From assembly GCA_019244185.1 (NCBI GenBank), contig JAFATB010000021.1:1-21302 (forward strand): a stretch of 21,302 nucleotides of DNA. The letters run 5' to 3'. This document shows positions 14,846 through 21,302 of the stretch, in pieces. Origin of the DNA: Acidobacteriota bacterium. GTDB taxonomy: Bacteria > Acidobacteriota > Thermoanaerobaculia > Gp7-AA8. The stretch's first letter is position 1. Every line of letters starts with the position of its first letter. A program made the translations under genes and the position numbers. Below the pieces are notes generated by a model. The model searched no databases. It was not told where the DNA came from and saw nothing but the letters and a program-made list of their open reading frames with translations.

Positions 14846-17485
14846 CTACGCCCGTTCGAGCACCACGACGGGGAACGTCGCGAAGACGTCGCGCAGCGTG
14901 AGCGTGTCTCCCTCGTGCGTCTCGTCCGTGAACACGTTTCGCCACCGCCCACCCGCGTGAATCGCGTGCGAACTCCACGCTTCGTAGAGTGGGAGTTGCG
15001 GCGCCTCGACCAGTTGCGTCGTGAGCCGCGGCACGACGACGAGGATGTCGTCGCCGCGTTTCCACGCCACCGCGTTCGGCGTGCCGGTGTCGATTGCGCT
15101 GTAGCCGCCGTCGCGAAACGTTTCCGCATGACGCGCACGCGCCGCCAGCGTACGGGCGGTGACGAAGAGCTTCACGCGACCATCGCGCCATTGTTCCAGC
15201 AATTCGGCAGCAGCCGGCAGCTCGCGTAGCGCACGCGCGCGTAGCTCATAGTCGACGGGACGCCGATTGTCGGGATCGACGAGGCTGAAATCCCACAGCT
15301 CGGTGCCCTGATAGAAATCCGGTACGCCGGGACTGGTGAGCTTCACGACGAGTTGCGCGAGCGAGTTGAGAAAGCCGTGAAACGCGATGCGCTCGTGGAA
15401 GCGCGCGAACGCCTCGCGGAACGGCGCGTGCTCGACGATCGACGTCGCAAACGACTTCAGCGCGTTCTCGTACTCCTCGTTCGGCTCGAGCCAGCTCGAA
15501 TGCGTCTTCGCCTCGCGCGCGGCTTTTTCGAGAAACGCGGACAAACGCTCCGGCACCGACGCGACCTCGCGCTCGTCGAGCGGCCACATGCCGATCAGCG
15601 TCTGATAGATGAGCAGCTCTTCGTTCGCGTCGGGGACGCCATCGCGCTTGAGCGACGCATTGAGCTCGCTCCACCGCCGCGCCTCGCCGGCCCACTCGTC
15701 CGCGATCTCCGAGAGCACATTGATCCGCGCCCGCACATCCTCGGAACGCTTGGTGTCGTGCGTCGACGTCGCGTTCATCGTGTGCGGCCACGCGCGCGCG
15801 ATCGCCTCGTTGCGCGCGTGCAGCTCGCCGACCGGATCGAAGTCGCCGTTGCGTCCCGGCTCGCCGCCGACTTCATTGAGCGAGATCAGGCGGTGGTCGT
15901 TGTAGAACGCCGTGTCCTCGACGCCCTTCGCCATCACGCGCCCGGTGAATTGCTGCCAGCGCATGACGAACTCCAGCCACTTGTCGCGCTCGCCCGCGAT
16001 GTAGCGCGGTGGTTCGAGCAGCAGCACGTGCTCGACGAAATCGAAGAGCCGCGCGTCGAGCTGGCGCGCGCGGCGCCGGGCGTCGGCGAACGCGCGATGG
16101 AGATACGCGCGGTCGGCGTCGCTCACCTCCCCTTCGCGGATGTAAGTGCGATAGACGGGCATGCACGCCGTCACCTCGATCAGCGCCGAGAGGAGCTCGC
16201 TCGGCGCGAAGTCGCGCGCGTTGCGGTCGGCGACGGCGAGCCCGCCGAGGTGGACGCCGAGGGCGCGCATCTCACCGAAGAAGAGCTGGTCGACGGCCTG
16301 CTTCTTCCGCTCGTACACGAGGTCTTCGAACGTCGTGGTGATGCCGGTGAAGTCGCGATAGAACGCGGTCAGGCGATCGAGTCCGGCGGGATCGACGAAC
16401 AGCGCGTTCGCGGTGTCGAGGAAGTCGTAGCCGGTCGTGCCGGCGACGCGGAACGATTCCGGCAGCGGCTCGCCGTGCTCGAGAATTTTTTCGACGACCA
16501 CATAAAACCCTTCGCCGCCGAGGCGCAGTTGCAGCCGTTCGAGATGTCCGACCGGCTCGTACAGACCATCGATGTGATCGATGCGCACGCCGGTCACTTT
16601 TCCTTCGCCGATCAGGTCGAGCACGCGGCGGTTGCGCAGCTCGAACACCTCGGGATTCTCGACGCGCAGGCCGACGAGATCGGTGACATCGAAAAATCGG
16701 CGGTAGTTGATGGTCTCGCTCGCGGCGCGCCAGTACGCGAGGCGGTACCACTGTGCGGCGATGACGCTGTCGAGCAGATCGGGATCGCGGTTGAACTTCT
16801 CGATCGCGTTCTGCAGCGCGTCGTGGAACGGCTCCGACTGCTCGCGCATCCGCCACAGCGCCTCTTTGACGAAGCGGCTGTTCGTGACGTCGGTCTGCAC
16901 GAGATCGCGCAGCTCGAGGCCGACGCCTTCGTTCGCGACGGCATCGACGGCTTCCCGCAACACGATCTGATACGACTGCGGCGCGAGCGGCAAGCGCTTG
17001 TCGAAGTACGAGAGGAAGAAGCCGTCGGCGTCGAAGCCGAGCTTCAGCTCGCCCGACTCGAGCGCCTCGCCGTACGGGCGGCCGAGGATCGGCAGGAGCA
17101 CTTTGTCGTTGCGCCAGTCGATGTCGAAGTAGTGCACGTAGCGCGACTGCGCACCGTTCTCGAGGACGCTCATCCACCACGCGTTCTCGTCGCTCGCGGC
17201 CATGTGGTTCGGCACGATGTCGAGCAGCAGGCCCATGTCGCGCGCGCGCAGCTCGTCATGCAGCGCGTTGAACTCCTCCTCGGAGCCGAGCTCGGGGTTC
17301 AGCGCATTCGCGTCGACGACGTCGTAGCCGTGCATGCTGCCCTTGCGAGCGCGCAGGAGCGGCGAGGCGTAGATGTCGGTGATGCCGAGGTCGTGGAGAT
17401 AGCCGGCGATCGCGCGCGCGTCGTTGAACGTAAACTGCGCGTTGAACTGCAGGCGATACGTCGCCGACGGAATGCGCAACGTCAC
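14846..17485 (-). CDS. treY: Malto-oligosyltrehalose synthase (GH13), about 879 aa
   Basis: GTG at 17485 overlaps the treZ stop (GTGA). PSATYRLQF, GSMHGYDV, DIVPNHM, INYRRFFDV, RIDHIDGL, VVEKIL, STHDTKRSED, LVDPDNRRPVDY. Confidence 0.96.
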   Translation of the reverse strand: MTLRIPSATYRLQFNAQFTFNDARAIAGYLHDLGITDIYASPLLRARKGSMHGYDVVDANALNPELGSEEEFNALHDELRARDMGLLLDIVPNHMAASDENAWWMSVLENGAQSRYVHYFDIDWRNDKVLLPILGRPYGEALESGELKLGFDADGFFLSYFDKRLPLAPQSYQIVLREAVDAVANEGVGLELRDLVQTDVTNSRFVKEALWRMREQSEPFHDALQNAIEKFNRDPDLLDSVIAAQWYRLAYWRAASETINYRRFFDVTDLVGLRVENPEVFELRNRRVLDLIGEGKVTGVRIDHIDGLYEPVGHLERLQLRLGGEGFYVVVEKILEHGEPLPESFRVAGTTGYDFLDTANALFVDPAGLDRLTAFYRDFTGITTTFEDLVYERKKQAVDQLFFGEMRALGVHLGGLAVADRNARDFAPSELLSALIEVTACMPVYRTYIREGEVSDADRAYLHRAFADARRRARQLDARLFDFVEHVLLLEPPRYIAGERDKWLEFVMRWQQFTGRVMAKGVEDTAFYNDHRLISLNEVGGEPGRNGDFDPVGELHARNEAIARAWPHTMNATSTHDTKRSEDVRARINVLSEIADEWAGEARRWSELNASLKRDGVPDANEELLIYQTLIGMWPLDEREVASVPERLSAFLEKAAREAKTHSSWLEPNEEYENALKSFATSIVEHAPFREAFARFHERIAFHGFLNSLAQLVVKLTSPGVPDFYQGTELWDFSLVDPDNRRPVDYELRARALRELPAAAELLEQWRDGRVKLFVTARTLAARARHAETFRDGGYSAIDTGTPNAVAWKRGDDILVVVPRLTTQLVEAPQLPLYEAWSSHAIHAGGRWRNVFTDETHEGDTLTLRDVFATFPVVVLERA

Positions 17486-19362
17486 GCTTCGGCGCTCCAG
17501 ACCGCGAACGATTCCGGCGCGAGCGTGACGCGCTCGCCGTCGATCTTCGCGCCGGTGTCGATGGCCGCTTTCCATGACGCCGCGCGCGCGAGCTGCGCGG
17601 AAACCGTCTGCGCCTTGTCGCTGAAGTTGAAGCCGACGAGCACCTGGCTGCGTCCCGACCAGCGTCGCATCAGCAGCACGCCGCGGTCGTCGTCCGCGTG
17701 CGTCTCGATCGCGGAGAGATCGAGCGTGCGCAGCGCGGGCGTGTCGCGGCGCAATGCGAGGAGCTGGCGGTACAACCGCAGCGTCGACTGATGCTCCTCG
17801 TGCTCGAGCGACTTCCAGTTCAGCTTCGAGTTGAGGAACGTCTGCTCGTCGTGTGGATCGGGTGGCTCGCCTTCCCAGGAGAAATCGTCGAACTCCTCCG
17901 CGCGTCCCTTGCGCACCGCTTCGATGAGGTCGGGATCGGAGTGCGAGGTGAAGTACTGGAACGGCGCTTTTTCGCCGTACTCCTCGCCCATGAACAGCAT
18001 CGGGATGAACGGCGCGAGGATCAGCGCCGCGGCGGCGAGCCGCACTTTGTCGAACGAGACGAGCTCCGGCAGCCGCTCGCCGAGCATGCGGTTGCCGACC
18101 TGATCGTGGTTCTGGATCGAGACGACGAACTTCGCGCCGTCTTTCGTCTTCGGCGCGAGACCGTACTTGCGGCCGCGATAAGGCGAATGCTGGCCGACGT
18201 AGAAATAGCCATTGCGCAGCACGCGCGCGAGGTCGCTGACCTTGTCGGAGAAGCCGCTGTAGTAGCCGTCGGATTCGCCGGTGAGCAGCCGGTGCAGCAC
18301 GTGGTGATAGTCGTCGGCCCACTGCGCGTCGAAGCCGAGGCCGAATTCGCCGGCGGGCGTGATCACGCGAGGATCGTTGAGGTCACTCTCGGCGATCGTG
18401 TAGATGCGGCGGCCGAGCTTCTCCGCGCGCGTGCGCACGGCGGTGCAGAGGTCCTGCAGGAACGGCTCCGCGGAATGGTCGACGATCGCGTGAACGGCAT
18501 CGACGCGCAGTCCATCGAAGTGAAACTCGTCGATCCATTGCAGCGCGCTGTGGATGAAGTACCAGCGTACGTCGTCGCTGTGCGCGCCGTCGAAGTTGAG
18601 CGCGAGGCCCCACGGCGTTTTGTAGCGATCGGTGAAGTACGGCCCGTATTCGCCGAGGTAGTTCCCCTCGGGACCGAGGTGGTTGTAGACGACGTCGAGG
18701 AGGATGGCGAGGCCGCGTTGATGACACGCATCGACGAGCCGCTTCAGCGCGCGCGGACCGCCGTACGACGTCTGCGCCGCGCCCACGTACGTGCCGTCGT
18801 AGCCCCAGTTGCGCGTTCCGGGAAACTGCGCGACCGGCAACAACTCGACCGCGGTGATGCCGAGCTCGCGCAGCGCGTCGAGCTTCTCGATGACCGCGTC
18901 GAACGTGCCTTCCTGAGTGAACGTGCCGACGTGCAGTTCGTAGACGACGTAGCTCTCCAGCGTGAGACCGCGCCAGCCCTCGTCGTGCCACGTGAAGTCG
19001 GTGCCGACGACTTCCGACGGTCCGTGCACGCCTTCCGGCTGATGGCGCGACGCGGGATCGGGACGATCGGTGCTGTCGAGCGTGAAGAAGTAGCGCGTGC
19101 CTTCGGCGACGTCGTCGACGGTCGCCTCGTGATAGCCGACGTCGTTCTTCGCGAGCGTCACGTGCTGCTCGTGCGGCGCGACGATGTGGAGCTCGACGCG
19201 CTCGCGTTGCGGCGCCCAGACGCGGAACGTGCAGCGGCCGCCGGGCTGCAGTTGCGCGCCGAGGGGAATGCCGCGCGGGGTCGCGAACGGCTGCGCGCCC
19301 GCGGGCGGAAACGTCTCCTCGCCGGGAATGCTCGCGGCGTGAATATCGGGGATCTCAGTCAA
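17482..19362 (-). CDS. treZ: Malto-oligosyltrehalose trehalohydrolase (GH13), about 626 aa
   Basis: FRVWAP, PDPASRHQPEGVHGPS, YELHVGTFT, NWGYDG, RVDAVHAI, AESDLN, QNHDQVGNR, FMGEEYGE. Probable TTG start at 19362 with AGGAG upstream, overlapping the end of glgB. Confidence 0.96.
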   Translation of the reverse strand: MTEIPDIHAASIPGEETFPPAGAQPFATPRGIPLGAQLQPGGRCTFRVWAPQRERVELHIVAPHEQHVTLAKNDVGYHEATVDDVAEGTRYFFTLDSTDRPDPASRHQPEGVHGPSEVVGTDFTWHDEGWRGLTLESYVVYELHVGTFTQEGTFDAVIEKLDALRELGITAVELLPVAQFPGTRNWGYDGTYVGAAQTSYGGPRALKRLVDACHQRGLAILLDVVYNHLGPEGNYLGEYGPYFTDRYKTPWGLALNFDGAHSDDVRWYFIHSALQWIDEFHFDGLRVDAVHAIVDHSAEPFLQDLCTAVRTRAEKLGRRIYTIAESDLNDPRVITPAGEFGLGFDAQWADDYHHVLHRLLTGESDGYYSGFSDKVSDLARVLRNGYFYVGQHSPYRGRKYGLAPKTKDGAKFVVSIQNHDQVGNRMLGERLPELVSFDKVRLAAAALILAPFIPMLFMGEEYGEKAPFQYFTSHSDPDLIEAVRKGRAEEFDDFSWEGEPPDPHDEQTFLNSKLNWKSLEHEEHQSTLRLYRQLLALRRDTPALRTLDLSAIETHADDDRGVLLMRRWSGRSQVLVGFNFSDKAQTVSAQLARAASWKAAIDTGAKIDGERVTLAPESFAVWSAEA

Positions 19363-21259
19363 TCGGTTCGTTCTCCTGGGCACGCGCGAGGAACACCGCG
19401 CCGAGCGGTGGGAGCGTCAGCGTGACGGAAGAGCGGCGGCCGTGCAGGCGGATCGGCGCGGCGTCGACGCCGCCCATGTTTCCCTGTCCGCTGCCGCCGT
19501 AGAGCAGCGCGTCGCTGTTGAGGATCTCGTCCCAGCGTCCGCCGAACGGCACGCCGACCTGATAGTTGTAGCGCGCCAGCGGCGTGAAGTTCATCACGAC
19601 GATGACCGGGTTGTCGGGCTGCGACTTCGACTTGCGCATCATCGCCACGACGCTGTTCTCGCTGTCGCAGCAGTCGATCCATTCGAAGCCGTCCGGCGAC
19701 ATGTCGAGCTCGTGCAGCGCGACGACGTCGCGATACGCCTTGTTCAGATCTTCGAGCCAGCGATTGAGACCCGCGTGCAACGGGTTCTGCAGCACGTCCC
19801 ACTCGAGGCTCGCGTCGTGATTCCACTCGCGCCACTGCGCGATGTCGCCGCCCATGAAGAGCAGCTTCTTGCCGGGATTCGCGTACATGTGCGCGAAGAG
19901 CAAACGCAGGTTGGCCATGCGCTGCCATTCGTCGCCCGGCATCTTTCCGAGGAGCGAGCCTTTGCCGTGTACGACCTCGTCGTGCGACAGCGGCAGCACG
20001 AAGTTTTCCGTGAACGCGTACATCATCCGGAACGTGAGGTCGTTGTGGTGGAAGCGGCGGTGGATCGGGTCTTTGGAAAAGAAGCGCAGCGAGTCGTGCA
20101 TCCACCCCATGTCCCACTTCATGCCGAACCCGAGTCCGCCCACGTACGTCGGACGCGAGACCATCGGCCACGCCGTCGACTCCTCGGCGATGACCTGCAC
20201 GTCGGGGTGAACGCTGTAAACATCCTCGTTGAGCCGGCGCAGAAACGTGATGGCCTCGAGGTTCTCGCGTCCACCGTGCTCGTTCGGGATCCACTCGCCG
20301 GCCTTGCGCGAGTAGTCGAGGTAGAGCATCGACGCGACCGCATCGACGCGCAGGCCGTCGGCGTGGTACTCGGAGAGCCAGTACATCGCGCTCGACAGGA
20401 GGAACGCGCGCACTTCGTTGCGGCCGTAGTTGAAGATGAGCGAGTTCCAGTCGGGATGAAAGCCCTTGCGCGGATCGGCGTGCTCGAAGAGATGCGTGCC
20501 GTCGAAGTAGCCGAGGCCGTGCTCGTCGGTGGGGAAATGCGAGGGAACCCAGTCGAGGATCACGCCGATGCCGGCCTGGTGCAGCGTGTCGACGAGGAAC
20601 TTGAAATCCTGCGGCGTGCCGTAGCGGCTCGTCGGCGCGAAGTAGCCGGTGCCCTGATAGCCCCACGAGCCATAGAACGGATGCTCCATGACCGGCATCA
20701 GCTCGACGTGCGTGAAGTTCATCTTCTTCACGTAGTCGGCGAGCGGCTGGGCGATCTCGCGATACGACATCGAGCGCCACGTCGTGCCGCCGTCGTCGCT
20801 GACGCGCCGCCACGAGCCGAGGTGCACCTCGTAGATCGACAACGGTTCGACCGTCGGCCGCGACGACGCGCGCCGCGCGATCCACGCCGCGTCGCTCCAC
20901 GTGAAGGTCGACTCCGTGACGATGCTGGCCGTCGCCGGCGGCGTCTCGGCGGCGCGCGCCAGCGGGTCGGCCTTGAGCACGACCCGCGAGTCCGCGCCGA
21001 TGACGCGGAACTTGTAGCGCAGGCCGGCGCCGACGTTCGGCACGAAGATCTCCCACACCCCGCTGCCGCCGAGCGCGCGCATCGGCAGCGTGCGCTCGTC
21101 CCAGCCGTTGGCGTCGCTGACCACCGAGACCGCGCGGGCGTGGGGTGCCCAGACGGTGCAGCGCGTGCCGCCCCGCGCGTCGGCGTGCGCGCCGAAGCTG
21201 CGGTGCGCCTCGAACAGGCGGCCCTCGTGGAAGAGGTGGGCGTCGGTCTCGGTCAGCAC
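19355..21259 (-). CDS. glgB: 1,4-alpha-glucan branching enzyme (GH13), at least 634 aa; the frame stays open to the window edge, so the true start may lie further upstream
   Basis: VWAP, IYEVHLGSW, MEHPFYGSWGYQ, LDWVPSHF, RVDAVASMLY, AEESTAWP, KWDMGWMHD, LSHDEVVHGKGS, TLPPLG. Confidence 0.96.
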   Translation of the reverse strand: MLTETDAHLFHEGRLFEAHRSFGAHADARGGTRCTVWAPHARAVSVVSDANGWDERTLPMRALGGSGVWEIFVPNVGAGLRYKFRVIGADSRVVLKADPLARAAETPPATASIVTESTFTWSDAAWIARRASSRPTVEPLSIYEVHLGSWRRVSDDGGTTWRSMSYREIAQPLADYVKKMNFTHVELMPVMEHPFYGSWGYQGTGYFAPTSRYGTPQDFKFLVDTLHQAGIGVILDWVPSHFPTDEHGLGYFDGTHLFEHADPRKGFHPDWNSLIFNYGRNEVRAFLLSSAMYWLSEYHADGLRVDAVASMLYLDYSRKAGEWIPNEHGGRENLEAITFLRRLNEDVYSVHPDVQVIAEESTAWPMVSRPTYVGGLGFGMKWDMGWMHDSLRFFSKDPIHRRFHHNDLTFRMMYAFTENFVLPLSHDEVVHGKGSLLGKMPGDEWQRMANLRLLFAHMYANPGKKLLFMGGDIAQWREWNHDASLEWDVLQNPLHAGLNRWLEDLNKAYRDVVALHELDMSPDGFEWIDCCDSENSVVAMMRKSKSQPDNPVIVVMNFTPLARYNYQVGVPFGGRWDEILNSDALLYGGSGQGNMGGVDAAPIRLHGRRSSVTLTLPPLGAVFLARAQENEPID

Positions 21260-21302
21260 GGGACGGTGCTCCGCCGGTCCTGGAGGGCCGCGAGCGCGGC
21301 CA

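Noticed and set aside
17486-18322. N-terminal extension of the treY ORF (1158 aa in the track)
   Set aside because: It is an Arg-rich off-frame overlap with treZ. TreY motifs start at 17485, with a GTGA coupling to treZ.
15353-19425. Long plus-strand ORFs (812 and 575 aa) and similar ones at 964-2334, 3113-4498 and 12555-13871
   Set aside because: They are antisense shadows of well-supported genes, with no recognisable motifs.
1-21302. CRISPR arrays, tRNA/rRNA, IS elements, intrinsic terminators
   Set aside because: All intergenic gaps are under about 90 bp. I saw no spaced repeats, cloverleaf, transposase or hairpin-plus-U-tract by eye.

Overview
This is a high-GC bacterial window, densely coding, with 20 credible CDS. 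I saw no rRNA, tRNA, CRISPR or transposase. The lineage cannot be determined from the sequence; Acidobacteriota or Myxococcota is only an impression. From left to right: (1) The tail of a reductive pyrimidine-catabolism unit (C-terminus of a plant-PYD1-like dihydropyrimidine dehydrogenase and a nitrilase-family beta-ureidopropionase), followed by YfiT/DinB and tandem-GNAT genes. (2) A stand-alone receiver protein converging on a five-gene stressosome operon: rsbR, rsbS, rsbT, an [RsbT-like kinase + PP2C phosphatase] fusion and an [RsbT-like domain + hybrid histidine kinase] fusion. No sigma-B, RsbV, RsbW or RsbU gene is present. (3) Divergent from it across 84 bp, the alpha-glucan genes GH57/DUF3536 and malQ. 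(4) Five accessory genes. (5) A converging glgB-treZ-treY glycogen-to-trehalose operon. The most notable signal is that the stressosome operon and the receiver gene are each preceded by a correctly spaced sigma-54 (-24/-12) motif. The rsbR motif sits back-to-back with a probable leaderless extended -10 promoter of the glucan genes. This suggests a sigma-B-independent stress circuit running sigma-54, stressosome, phosphorelay, next to glycogen/trehalose metabolism. All regulatory calls were made by eye and are hypotheses.
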